This document shows positions 17,310-26,238 of a stretch of DNA of 34,047 bases, one piece after another. Source of the stretch: Chlamydiota bacterium. GTDB taxonomy: Bacteria > Auribacterota > Tritonobacteria > UBA1439. The notes below the pieces were generated by a model. That model made no database searches. It was not told the DNA's origin and worked only from the letters and a program-made list of their open reading frames with translations. Location: the NCBI GenBank assembly GCA_037133055.1, contig JBAXOY010000020.1, positions 1 through 34,047 on the forward strand, in the 5' to 3' direction. The position numbers were made by a program, and so were the translations under genes. Within the stretch, counting starts at the first letter, position 1; each line of letters starts with the position of its first letter.

Positions 17310-18283
17310 ACCCGCCGCGCCTTTCCGAATCCTCCGCCGCCCCGGGGACCCCGGCGCCGCCGCCCGTCGAACTCTCCGTGGTCATCCCCGTCTACAACGA
17401 GGAGGAAAACATCCCGGAGCTCTCCCGGCGGCTCACGGATGCGCTGGAAAAACTCGGCATGCGCTACGAGGTCATTCTCGTCGACGACGGGAGCCGGGAC
17501 CGCTCCATCGAGCTCCTCTCCGGCATCGCCCGCCGCGACCCGCGCATACGGCTCATCGAGTTCAACCGGAACTACGGCCAGCACGCCGCCATCTTCGCCG
17601 GATTCGCGCACTCGCGCGGCGAGATCGTCGTCACCCTCGACGCCGACCTCCAGAATCCCCCCGAGGAAATCGGGAAGCTGGTCGCGAAGATGCGGGAGGG
17701 ATACGACATCGTGGGGGGCCTCAGGATGAACCGGCGCGACTCCGCCCTCCGCACAATACCCTCGTGGCTCGTGAACCGCTTCATCCAGCGGGCCACGGGC
17801 GTGTACCTCAGGGACTACGGCTGCATGCTGAGGGCCTACCGGCGCGTGGTGGTGGACCAGATCGTGCGCTGCAACGAGATCTCGAGTTTCATACCGACCC
17901 TCGCCAACTCGTTCGCGAGTTCCGTCACCGAGATCGGGGTGGCCCACGAGGAGCGCGCGAAGGGCAGCTCCAAGTACAACCTCGCCCGCCTGCTCAAGCT
18001 GAACTTCGACATGGTCACCGGGTTTTCCCTCTTCCCCATCCAGCTCATCAGCGGCCTCGGGATCCTGATCGCGCTCCTCGGCATGCTCTTCGGCATCTTC
18101 CTCTTCCTGCGGCGCCTCGTGCACGGCCCGGAGGTCGAGGGGGTGTTCACCCTTTTCGCCATACTCTTCTTCTTCGTCGGGATCCAGCTTCTCGCCATGG
18201 GGCTCATCGGGGAGTACATCGGCCGGATCTACGCGGAGGTCCGCAACCGCCCCCGGTACGTGATCCGGCGGATCAGCTCCTGA
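17306..18283 (+). CDS. arnC: Undecaprenyl-phosphate 4-deoxy-4-formamido-L-arabinose transferase (GT2)
   Basis: SVVIPVYNEE, DDGS.D, RNYGQHAAI, DADLQNPPEEI, DYGCMLRAYRR, two C-terminal TMs, GEYIGRIY. ATGA overlap with arnB. Confidence 0.92.
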   Translation: MNPPRLSESSAAPGTPAPPPVELSVVIPVYNEEENIPELSRRLTDALEKLGMRYEVILVDDGSRDRSIELLSGIARRDPRIRLIEFNRNYGQHAAIFAGFAHSRGEIVVTLDADLQNPPEEIGKLVAKMREGYDIVGGLRMNRRDSALRTIPSWLVNRFIQRATGVYLRDYGCMLRAYRRVVVDQIVRCNEISSFIPTLANSFASSVTEIGVAHEERAKGSSKYNLARLLKLNFDMVTGFSLFPIQLISGLGILIALLGMLFGIFLFLRRLVHGPEVEGVFTLFAILFFFVGIQLLAMGLIGEYIGRIYAEVRNRPRYVIRRISS

Positions 18284-18300
18284 GCGCCCGTTCAACCGTC

Positions 18301-19932
18301 ATGAAAACCGACAGCCTCCCATCGCGCGCCCGGCTCCTGCCGCCGCTCATGCTTGCGGCGACCGCCGCGTTCGTCTTCTTCTTCAGGCTGGGCGAGCGCG
18401 GGTTCGAAAACAAGGACACGGTCTGGTACGTCGAGATCGCCTGGGAAATGCTGCGCTCCGGCGACTGGATCGTCCCGCGGTTCAACGCCGTCATCTTCAC
18501 CGAGAAGCCGGTCCTCTTCATCTGGCTCGTCGCCGCGTCCGCGAGGATCGCGGGGGGGATCACGCCGTTCATCTCGCGTTTCCCCTCCGCCCTCGCCGCG
18601 TTCGGGTGCGTCTTCGTGACCCTCGCGCTGGGGAAGAGGCTGCTCGGCCGACGGGCGGCGCTCCTCGCGGCGTTCGTTCTCTCGACCAACTACGCCTTCG
18701 CGTGGGAGGCCCGCACCTGCATGGTGGACATGGTGTTCACGTTCTTTGTGACCCTCGCCCTGTATCTCCTCTATCGGGGCTTTTCGGACGGAGGACACCG
18801 GGGGCACTGGTTCATCCCCGCGTACTTCGCCGCCGGCCTCGCCGCCCTGACGAAGGGCCCGCTGGGGGTTGTCCTTCCCGCTCTCGTGTCGCTCGTGTAC
18901 CTTGCGTGGCAGCGCCGGTTGAAGTTCCTGCGCGAGATGCGCATCCCGTGGGGGATCCTCATCGTCGCCGGCATCCAGGCGGCATGGTACGCGCCCTACC
19001 TCGTCCGCATCGGGCCCGACGGGCGGAGGTTTTTTTACGAGATGTACGTGTACAAGGAGAACCTGCTGCGCTTCACCTCCGGGTTCGACAAGGCCGAGCC
19101 GTTCTGGTTCTACGCGCCGGCGATCCTCTCCCATTTTCTCCCCTGGAGCATACTCCTCGTCCTGTATCCGTTCATCCCGCGCCCCGCGGAGGACACGGGC
19201 GCCCCGCGCGACCGCGCGTTTCCGGCGGCGTGGTTCCTCGGGCTGTTCGCGTTCCTCACCCTGAGCAGCGGGAAACATTCCCGCTACGCCCTCCCCCTCT
19301 ACCCCGCGGCCGCGCTGCTCGCGGGGGACGCGTGGGACCGGCTCATCGCCTCCGGGGCGGGCCGCATGAGCCGCGCGGTCTCCGCGACGGCCGCCGCGTT
19401 TGCGGCGGGGGGCGCCGTCGGCATCCCGATATACGCCTGGTTCGCCGCGCCCGGCTTCTTCATCCCCTCGATCCTCCTCTCCGCACTTCTCGTCGCATCG
19501 GCCGCGGGCGTCTTCTGCGCGCAGCCCGACGAGAAGGCCTCCGCGGCGTTCATCGCCGTCGTCGTCGCGTTTGCATGCTTCTGGGCGGTGTTCATCGCCT
19601 CCCTTCCCGCCCACGAGGCGCAGAGGGCGGAGCACGCCCGCCTCGCCCGGCAGATCTCCCCCGCGGTGGGGACGGGGCGGCTCGCCACGTACGGGCTCTT
19701 CAGCCGCCGCCTCGCCCTCGGTTTCTTCACGGGGCGCACGGTGAATTATATTGACCGCGAGGAGCACCTGTCGGACTATCTTCGCTCCGGGGAGCGGGTC
19801 TTCTGCCTGATGGAGACCGCGGAATACGAGAAGCTCCGGGAGAAGCTCCCCCCCCACGCGAAGGCGACGGGGGGATACCGGTACAGGAAGTTCGACCTGG
19901 TGCTCATCAGTACCGATGGGGTCAGACCTTAA
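18301..19932 (+). CDS. arnT: ArnT-family (GT83/GT39, GT-C) lipid A aminoarabinose transferase
   Basis: Y.EIAWEML.SGDWIVPRFN...EKP, R.PSAL, LTKGPLG..LP, EPFWFY, K..RY.LP..PA motifs; multi-TM. Confidence 0.85.
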   Translation: MKTDSLPSRARLLPPLMLAATAAFVFFFRLGERGFENKDTVWYVEIAWEMLRSGDWIVPRFNAVIFTEKPVLFIWLVAASARIAGGITPFISRFPSALAAFGCVFVTLALGKRLLGRRAALLAAFVLSTNYAFAWEARTCMVDMVFTFFVTLALYLLYRGFSDGGHRGHWFIPAYFAAGLAALTKGPLGVVLPALVSLVYLAWQRRLKFLREMRIPWGILIVAGIQAAWYAPYLVRIGPDGRRFFYEMYVYKENLLRFTSGFDKAEPFWFYAPAILSHFLPWSILLVLYPFIPRPAEDTGAPRDRAFPAAWFLGLFAFLTLSSGKHSRYALPLYPAAALLAGDAWDRLIASGAGRMSRAVSATAAAFAAGGAVGIPIYAWFAAPGFFIPSILLSALLVASAAGVFCAQPDEKASAAFIAVVVAFACFWAVFIASLPAHEAQRAEHARLARQISPAVGTGRLATYGLFSRRLALGFFTGRTVNYIDREEHLSDYLRSGERVFCLMETAEYEKLREKLPPHAKATGGYRYRKFDLVLISTDGVRP

Positions 19933-19993
19933 CTATTAACTAGAGACAATCCGTGGTCAGGCCTTTCCAGTTAATAGTTAAGGTCTGACCCCA
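19917..19993. mobile_element. 77-bp palindromic REPIN/MITE-like element with perfect 25-bp arms
   Basis: tggggtcagaccttaactattaact (19917-19941) and agttaatagttaaggtctgacccca (19969-19993) are exact reverse complements. AT-rich relative to surroundings, with a third degenerate copy ggtcaggcctt in the loop. Confidence 0.7.
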
Positions 19994-20001
19994 GGAGGAA
20001 C

Positions 20002-20937
20002 ATGAAAATCATCGTGATGGGGTACCACGACATCGGGCACGCCTGCCTGAAGGAGCTCCTGGACGCCGGGGCCGATGTCCGGGGGGTGGTCACGCACGCG
20101 GACAACCCGAATGAGAACATCTGGTTCCGCTCCGTGCGCGACCTCGCCTTCGAGCGCTGCATCCCCGTCTTCCAACCGCCCGACGTGAACGCCCCGGCAA
20201 TGGTCGAGGCGGTGCGCCGGATCGCCCCCGACGTCATCTTCTCCTTCTACTTCCGCCAGATGGTCGGCCAGGCGCTCCTCGACATCCCCCGCGTCGGCGC
20301 GTTCAACCTGCACGGGTCGCTCCTCCCCCGCTATCGCGGCCGCTGCCCGGTCAACTGGGTCCTCATGCACGGCGAAAAGGAAACCGGAGTGACGCTCCAC
20401 CGGATGGAGCTCAAGGCCGACCGCGGCGCGATCCTCGCGCAGAAGAGGGTGCCGATCGAGTTCGCCGACAGCGCCCGCACCCTGTTCGACAGGATGACCA
20501 TCGCGGCCGCGGAGCTCATGCGCGAGACCTGGCCCCGGATGCTCCGCGGGGAGATCAGGGAAACGCCGCAGGACCACCGCCTCGCCTCCTATTTCGGAGG
20601 CCGCGCGCGGAAGGACGGACTGGTCGACTGGACGAAGCCGGCGGTCGCAATCTACAACCTCGTCCGCGCCGTGACGCACCCCTACCCCGGCGCCTTCACC
20701 CCCGCGCCGGGAGGCCGCAGGCTCCTCATCTGGTGGGCTGAGCCGGACGAGAAGGCCCCGACCGGGGGCTTCGCGCCGGGAACGGTTCTCACCCCCCGCC
20801 AACGGGGGGCCCTCGAGATTTCGACGGGGAAGGGGATACTGAGGATCGCGCGCGCGCAGTGGGAGGGGGAGCCCGAGGCCGAGGGGAACGCGGTCGTGCG
20901 GACGATTGATATTCCCATCGGAGCCGTCCTGGGGTAG
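20002..20937 (+). CDS. arnA: UDP-L-Ara4N formyltransferase (stand-alone ArnA N-terminal domain)
   Basis: MKIIVMGYHDIG...THADNPNEN, FSFYFRQ, FNLHGSLLPRYRGRCPVNW, ETGVTLH, NLVRAVTHPYPGAF. AGGAGG RBS. Confidence 0.88.
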   Translation: MKIIVMGYHDIGHACLKELLDAGADVRGVVTHADNPNENIWFRSVRDLAFERCIPVFQPPDVNAPAMVEAVRRIAPDVIFSFYFRQMVGQALLDIPRVGAFNLHGSLLPRYRGRCPVNWVLMHGEKETGVTLHRMELKADRGAILAQKRVPIEFADSARTLFDRMTIAAAELMRETWPRMLRGEIRETPQDHRLASYFGGRARKDGLVDWTKPAVAIYNLVRAVTHPYPGAFTPAPGGRRLLIWWAEPDEKAPTGGFAPGTVLTPRQRGALEISTGKGILRIARAQWEGEPEAEGNAVVRTIDIPIGAVLG

Positions 20938-21036
20938 AATGTTTCCCGATTGCCGCAGCCCGCCGACCTGCCCGCCGAAGCATCGGCGCAGGCGGAAGTC
21001 CCGGCGCGGGCAGGGCGTACCGTAAAGGAGACACGC

Positions 21037-21996
21037 ATGAGAGTACTCATCACCGGGGGGGCCGGGTTCCTCGGCTCGCACCTCACCGACGCGTTCCTGA
21101 AAGACGGCAGCGAGGTCTTCATCCTCGACACCGGCTCGACGTTCAAGATCAAGCACCAGCTCGGCAACGCGAGGTTCCACTACGTCCACGACACCATCTT
21201 CAACCTCGAGATGCTCGAGTCGCTCGTCATCAAGTGCGACCTGATCTACCACATGGCCGCGGTGGTGGGCGTCGAGCACTACGTCGCCGACCCGTACGCG
21301 GTGCTCAACATCAACATCAACGGGACGCAGAACGTGCTGCGCATCGCCCACAAGCACAACAAGAAGGTCGTGTTCACCTCCACCTCCGAGGTCTACGGCC
21401 GGAACCCCAAGGTCCCGTGGGGCGAGGACGACGACCGCGTGCTCGGCTCGACCCGCATCGACCGCTGGTGCTATTCGACCTCGAAGGGGGTCGGCGAGCA
21501 TTTCTGCCACGCGTACCGGAAGATGGGCCTGCCCGTGGTGATCGTGCGCTACTTCAACGCGTACGGCCCCCGTCTCGACAAGATCGACGTCGGCCGAGTC
21601 CTCACCATCTTCATCGGGCAGCTCCTGAGGAACGAGCCGGTCACGGTCATCGGCGACGGCAGCCAGACCCGCTGCTTCACCTACGTCGACGACGCCATCA
21701 GGGCGACCGTGAACGCGGGCCTGAAGCCCGAGGCGGAGGGGGAGATCATCAACATCGGCACGGACGTCGAGACCTCGATCAGGGAGCTCGCGGAGATGAT
21801 GATCAAGGTCTCCGGCGCCAAATCAAAAGTCACGCTCGTCCCCAAGGAGTCGATCTACGGGGAGAGCTACGAGGACATCCAGCGCCGCGTCCCGAAGGTC
21901 GAGAAGATGCACCGCATCCTCGGCGTGAAGGCGACCGTCTCGCTCGAGGAGGGCGTGCGCCGGACCTGGGAGTGGTTCAAGGCCCTCGCGCAGTAG
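21037..21996 (+). CDS. arnA: UDP-glucuronate dehydrogenase/decarboxylase (stand-alone ArnA C-terminal-like SDR)
   Basis: TGGAGFLGSHL, FTSTSEVYG, RWCYSTSK (YxxxK), RYFNAYGPRLD, GDGSQTRCF. AAGGAG RBS; arn context. Confidence 0.8.
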   Translation: MRVLITGGAGFLGSHLTDAFLKDGSEVFILDTGSTFKIKHQLGNARFHYVHDTIFNLEMLESLVIKCDLIYHMAAVVGVEHYVADPYAVLNININGTQNVLRIAHKHNKKVVFTSTSEVYGRNPKVPWGEDDDRVLGSTRIDRWCYSTSKGVGEHFCHAYRKMGLPVVIVRYFNAYGPRLDKIDVGRVLTIFIGQLLRNEPVTVIGDGSQTRCFTYVDDAIRATVNAGLKPEAEGEIINIGTDVETSIRELAEMMIKVSGAKSKVTLVPKESIYGESYEDIQRRVPKVEKMHRILGVKATVSLEEGVRRTWEWFKALAQ

Positions 21997-22112
21997 CCCG
22001 GCTCCAAGCCCGGGCGCGCGGGGGATGCCGTTGTGCGCCCCGTTGACGGGATCGGCCCCCGAACTGTCGGCGCCGCAGACCGTTGATTGAGACTTCCTTC
22101 GCGGGATGTGTC

Positions 22113-23003
22113 ATGGATGATGCCGAGAAATTCCTCTGCGCCCTTTTCCTCCCGAGTGCCGACATCCCCGGCTACTACCGTCTTAAACGGTGCCTGAGCG
22201 ACTTTGCCCGCATTCGCACTCCCATGACGTCCATCCTCGATGCAGGGTGCGGGGCAGGAGCGAAAAGCGTGTATTTCGCCCATACACACCCCGGGATCCG
22301 TGTGGTCGGAGCGGACGTACAGCCGGATCCCCTCCGGTACGCGGAGCGTCTCAAGCAGAAGTTCTCTGTGCCCAACGCCACGTTCGTCCGGCGGGATCTC
22401 GTCAACTCCTCCGACCTCGGCCGTTTCGATTTCATCGTCACCTCCGACGTCCTCGAACACTTCGAGGAGGACGGGCGGTATGCCGCGAACCTCGATGCAA
22501 TGCTGAACCCCGGCGGCCACATCCACATCAACACGCCCGCCAAAGAACACGGCTACGATTTTTCAGAGCTGAGCCCCGCCGCGCAGGAGGACCTGCGCCG
22601 ATGGATGAAGGACGTGGGGCATGTGAGGCTGGGGTATACACCGGAGGAGCTCAAGGCCCTTTTCCCAAACTGCGATCTGGTCAGCATGCGAAAGATCGGG
22701 AACTCCTGCACAAAACTCGCCTACTTTTTCTGGGAGAAAACGATACTCGACCCGCAGAGAACCGCCCCCCCCCCCTGGCGAGATTACACGATGCCGCTCT
22801 TCGGCCGGATCGAGGCGCTGATCGAGCGCCACTGCGTCGCGAGAGCCTCGGCCGCTCCTCCCGCCGCGCCGAGACTCAACGAGAGGATGTTCCTCCAGGC
22901 GATCCGCACGATCGATCTCGGCATTGAACTGGAAGAGAAGGGCGCGCTCGACCCGCGCTATCTGCTCGAGGAGGAGCTTTGCTGCCTTCTCAGGAAACCA
23001 TAG
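22113..23003 (+). CDS. Class I SAM-dependent methyltransferase
   Basis: ILDAGCGAG (motif I), VVGAD, FDFIVTSDVLEHF, LNPGG, GHVRLGYT. Confidence 0.85.
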   Translation: MDDAEKFLCALFLPSADIPGYYRLKRCLSDFARIRTPMTSILDAGCGAGAKSVYFAHTHPGIRVVGADVQPDPLRYAERLKQKFSVPNATFVRRDLVNSSDLGRFDFIVTSDVLEHFEEDGRYAANLDAMLNPGGHIHINTPAKEHGYDFSELSPAAQEDLRRWMKDVGHVRLGYTPEELKALFPNCDLVSMRKIGNSCTKLAYFFWEKTILDPQRTAPPPWRDYTMPLFGRIEALIERHCVARASAAPPAAPRLNERMFLQAIRTIDLGIELEEKGALDPRYLLEEELCCLLRKP

Positions 23004-23055
23004 CGATCGAATGCCGTCGCAGCCGGGCGCCCGGCCATGTCTTTTTGGGATGATC

Positions 23056-23967
23056 ATGCCCACGCTCGGAATCAAGGTCGATGTCGACACCTACCGCGGG
23101 ATGCAGGAGGGCGTCCCCCGCCTCATCGACATCCTCGCCACCCGCTCTATCCAGGCGAGCTTCTTCGTCGCGATGGGGCCCGACAACTCCGGCAGGGCCG
23201 TTCTCAGGTTCTTCACCCGGCGCGGGTTCCTGAAAAAAATGCTCCGTTCGAACGCCGTCGGGATGTACGGCATCCGCACGGCCCTCTCCGGCACCCTCCT
23301 CCCCGCCCGCCGGATCGCCCGGTCATTCCCGGGGCACTTCAGGCGGCTGCTCGATTCGGGGCACGAGGTGGGCGTCCACGGCTACGACCATGTCCGCTGG
23401 CACGACCGCATCCCCCGGATGGGACTCGAGGACACACGCCGGGAATTCGAGGCGGCGTGCGGCATCTTCCGGGAAATCGTCGGGCGCGACGCCGAGAGCT
23501 CGGCCGCTCCGGGGTGGGCCTGCTCCCCGCGGCAGCTCGCAGTGCAGGACGCGGCCCCTATGATCTACCACAGCGACAGCCGGGGCACGCGCCCGTTCTT
23601 CCCCGAGATGGGCGGCTACCGCGCGTCGCACCTCCAGGTCCCGACCACGCTTCCCACCCTCGACGAACTCATGGGCTCCGGCCTCTGTCGCGGCGCGGAG
23701 GATCTCGCGCGCCATTACCTGGACCGGATCGCCTCGGCCGACCTGCACGTACTCACCGTGCATGCCGAGGCGGAGGGGATGAGATGGGCGGGCTGGTTCG
23801 ACGGGCTCCTCGGCGAACTCCTGCGGCGCGGCGTTCGCTTCTCGCGTCTTCGCGAGATCGCCGAGGGCGCGCTCGCGGACCCCGGCCGCGCGCCCCGCTG
23901 CACGCTTGGGATGGGAGAACTCCCGGGGCGCGCAGGCGCGGTCGCCTGCCAGGAAAACATAAAATAA
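23056..23967 (+). CDS. arnD: 4-deoxy-4-formamido-L-arabinose-phosphoundecaprenol deformylase (polysaccharide deacetylase fold)
   Basis: GIKVDVDTYRG..EGVPRL, MGPDNSGR, HEVGVHGYDH..W, AAPGW, SDSRG..PF, PTTLPTLDE, TVHAEAEG. Start could be 23050. Confidence 0.9.
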   Translation: MPTLGIKVDVDTYRGMQEGVPRLIDILATRSIQASFFVAMGPDNSGRAVLRFFTRRGFLKKMLRSNAVGMYGIRTALSGTLLPARRIARSFPGHFRRLLDSGHEVGVHGYDHVRWHDRIPRMGLEDTRREFEAACGIFREIVGRDAESSAAPGWACSPRQLAVQDAAPMIYHSDSRGTRPFFPEMGGYRASHLQVPTTLPTLDELMGSGLCRGAEDLARHYLDRIASADLHVLTVHAEAEGMRWAGWFDGLLGELLRRGVRFSRLREIAEGALADPGRAPRCTLGMGELPGRAGAVACQENIK

Positions 23968-24033
23968 ATAATCCAAATATTAAAATATTCTTTTAAATAT
24001 TTTCTTGCATTCTCCGCCCTCCCGCCTTATATT
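23955..24033 (+). promoter_or_regulatory. sigma70 promoter with AT-rich UP-like tract for the secreted MBL gene
   Basis: About 50 bp of very AT-rich sequence, then TTGCAT (24005)-17 bp-TATATT (24028-24033). Confidence 0.65.
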
Positions 24034-24063
24034 TTGAACCACCAACAAACAAAGGGGGGATGT

Positions 24064-26178
24064 ATGTCTAGGAAATCGGTTCTCGCCGTACTCGTCCTGT
24101 TCCCGCTGCTCGCCTTCCTCGCACCTCTTGCCTCAGTCGCGCAAAACCTCGAAATGTACTTCATATGGGCAAACGGCGATTCGGGCACCGCGACCCTCAT
24201 CGTCGGCCCGAACGACACAGTCGTCCTCTACGACACGATGGGCGGCGCGAGCGGGGCATCGTACCTGAAGGCCGTCATGGACGGCCTCGGCATCACCCAC
24301 ATCGACTATACCGTCGTCGGGCACTACGACGGCGACCACTGCGGCGGCTTGGACGACCTCTACACCTCCATGGGGAGCCAGGCGGCTGATTTCGACACCA
24401 TCTATGACCGCGGCGGGAGCCTGACGGACGACGGCACCGCCATCCCCTCCGACTACTACAATCTCGTCACCGGCGCCCTCTCGTCGAAGCGGGCGACCCC
24501 GACGCTCGGCTCCGCCGGGGCGATCGCCCTGGGGAGCGGCGCGACGCTCACGTTCCTCTCCATGGGCGCGCCGGATGCCGACAACGCGATTTACGTCGCC
24601 GGCAGATCCGATATCACCAGCGGCATCACAGAGAACGAGAAGTCCATCACCGCGCTCCTCACCTACGGCGGCTACGATCTCTACCTCGGCTCCGACGCCG
24701 AGGGCGACGTGGAGAGCGTGTTGAAGGATGTCATCTCGAGTGACATGGGCCGCGATGTCGACGTCCTCCTTGTCGACCACCACGGCGCCGACACCGAGGG
24801 GATCAGCAGCCCGGCGTTCCTCAGCGCGCTGGACCCCGAGGTGGCCGTCATCTCCGTGTGGAACAACAGCCACGGGCACCCCCGCGCCACGACCGTGACG
24901 AACCTGCAGGCGGTGGTCGAGCCGCTTTCGCAGCGGATCATCCGCCTGAGCCCCGGGGACACCGACGACCCGGCCTGGGCGCCGGAGTCCATGTCCTACT
25001 GCCACACGACGAACGGCCATCTCACCATCACCAGCAACGGTTCCACCTACACCGTGAGCGGGAACGGCATCACGGAGGCCGGCCTCGCCAACCACGCGAC
25101 CGACGAAAGTGGGGGGCCCACGCCTACACCCACTCCTTCTGTTCTTGTCAGCGAGGGTTTCGAGGGGACGTTCCCGCCGACCGGGTGGACGCAGCTCACC
25201 GTCGACCAGAGCAGCACCTACGCCCACGGCGGCACCTACAGCGCCATGATCAACGCGAACGGCGACTATCTGATCACGCCGCTCCTCACCACGCCAAACA
25301 CGCTGACCTTCTGGTACCGGCCGTCGAGCGGCAGCCTGAACGTGGAGTATTCGAGCTCGACGGGCGGGCCCTGGACGGCGGTCACCGGCAGCCCCTTCAC
25401 TGCGACCGTCGGCACCTTCTCGCAGATCACCGTCAACCTCTCGTCCCTCTCGAACGTGTACATCCGGTTTACGAGGGTCCCGTCTGCGGGAAACCACTAC
25501 ATCGACGATGTGACGGTCACCACGCGCGGGGGATCGAGCCCGACGGCGACGCCCACGAGGACCCCCACCATCACGCCCACGACCGCGCCGCCGACCTCCA
25601 CGCCGACGCGCACGCCGACCCCGACGCCGACACGGACCCCGACGATGACGCCGACGCGCACGCCGACCCCGACGGCGACGTCCGGCGGCCCGACGAAAAC
25701 ACCGACCCGCACGCCGACACGGACGCCGACCCGCACTCCGACACGGACGCCGACACGGACGCCGACCGTCACACCAACGCCGGCGCCCCTCATCAACGGC
25801 GAGAGCTTCGAGGGGACGTTCCCGCCGACCGGGTGGACGCAGCTTACCTGCGACAAGAGCAGCACCTACGCCTATTCCGGCACGTACAGCGCGCTCATCA
25901 ACGCGAACGGCGACTACCTGATCACCCCGCTCCTCACGACGCCGAACACGCTGACCTTCTGGTACCGGCCGTCGAGCGGCAGCCTGAACGTGGAGTATTC
26001 GAGCTCGACGGGCGGGCCCTGGACGGCGGTCTCCGGCAGCCCGTTCACCAAGACGGCCAATGTCTTCTCTCAGGTCACGGCGAGTCTGTCGTCCCTCACG
26101 AACGTGTACATCCGGTTCACGAGGGTCGCGTCGGCGGGGAACCACTACCTCGATCTGGTGACGGTCACGAGTAGGTAG
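24064..26178 (+). CDS. Secreted ComEC/Rec2-like metallo-beta-lactamase-fold hydrolase with two repeated C-terminal beta-rich domains and a Pro/Thr linker
   Basis: Signal peptide; [22 protein letters not shown] and HGHP motifs of ComEC-type MBL domains; duplicated [11 protein letters not shown]...YIRF module. Confidence 0.85.
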   Translation: MSRKSVLAVLVLFPLLAFLAPLASVAQNLEMYFIWANGDSGTATLIVGPNDTVVLYDTMGGASGASYLKAVMDGLGITHIDYTVVGHYDGDHCGGLDDLYTSMGSQAADFDTIYDRGGSLTDDGTAIPSDYYNLVTGALSSKRATPTLGSAGAIALGSGATLTFLSMGAPDADNAIYVAGRSDITSGITENEKSITALLTYGGYDLYLGSDAEGDVESVLKDVISSDMGRDVDVLLVDHHGADTEGISSPAFLSALDPEVAVISVWNNSHGHPRATTVTNLQAVVEPLSQRIIRLSPGDTDDPAWAPESMSYCHTTNGHLTITSNGSTYTVSGNGITEAGLANHATDESGGPTPTPTPSVLVSEGFEGTFPPTGWTQLTVDQSSTYAHGGTYSAMINANGDYLITPLLTTPNTLTFWYRPSSGSLNVEYSSSTGGPWTAVTGSPFTATVGTFSQITVNLSSLSNVYIRFTRVPSAGNHYIDDVTVTTRGGSSPTATPTRTPTITPTTAPPTSTPTRTPTPTPTRTPTMTPTRTPTPTATSGGPTKTPTRTPTRTPTRTPTRTPTRTPTVTPTPAPLINGESFEGTFPPTGWTQLTCDKSSTYAYSGTYSALINANGDYLITPLLTTPNTLTFWYRPSSGSLNVEYSSSTGGPWTAVSGSPFTKTANVFSQVTASLSSLTNVYIRFTRVASAGNHYLDLVTVTSR
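25159..26172 (+). repeat. Internal direct duplication of about 365 bp (copies ~25159-25524 and ~25807-26172) flanking a 12-bp-period TPTR linker
   Basis: Long stretches identical at the DNA level (offset 648 bp). The linker ~25537-25788 includes (ACGCCGACMCGS)n at 25699-25770. Confidence 0.9.
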
Positions 26179-26196
26179 CGGAAAACGCAGCATATG

Positions 26197-26233
26197 AAAT
26201 AGGCGGGGGGCACAAGCCCCCCGTTTATTTTTT
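26197..26233 (+). terminator. Rho-independent terminator
   Basis: aaataggcggggggc-acaa-gccccccgtttattt stem-loop with a T-tract, 18 bp after the MBL gene stop. Confidence 0.85.
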
Positions 26234-26238
26234 CCCTT

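Noticed and set aside
16229..18300. Long N-terminal extensions of ArnC (684 aa) and ArnT (722 aa) as fusions or programmed frameshifts
   Set aside because: These are stop-free overlaps in alternative frames; the real starts at 17306 (ATGA coupling) and 18301 give normal-sized proteins.
20938..21036. Split arnA as a broken pseudogene
   Set aside because: Both halves have intact catalytic motifs and the second has its own AAGGAG RBS, so they are genuine separate genes.
25537..25788. Repeat tract as a CRISPR array or VNTR element
   Set aside because: In-frame 6/12-bp units encode a Thr/Pro linker; there are no spacers and no cas genes.
24133..26193. 686-aa minus-strand ORF
   Set aside because: Arg-rich antisense shadow of the secreted MBL gene.
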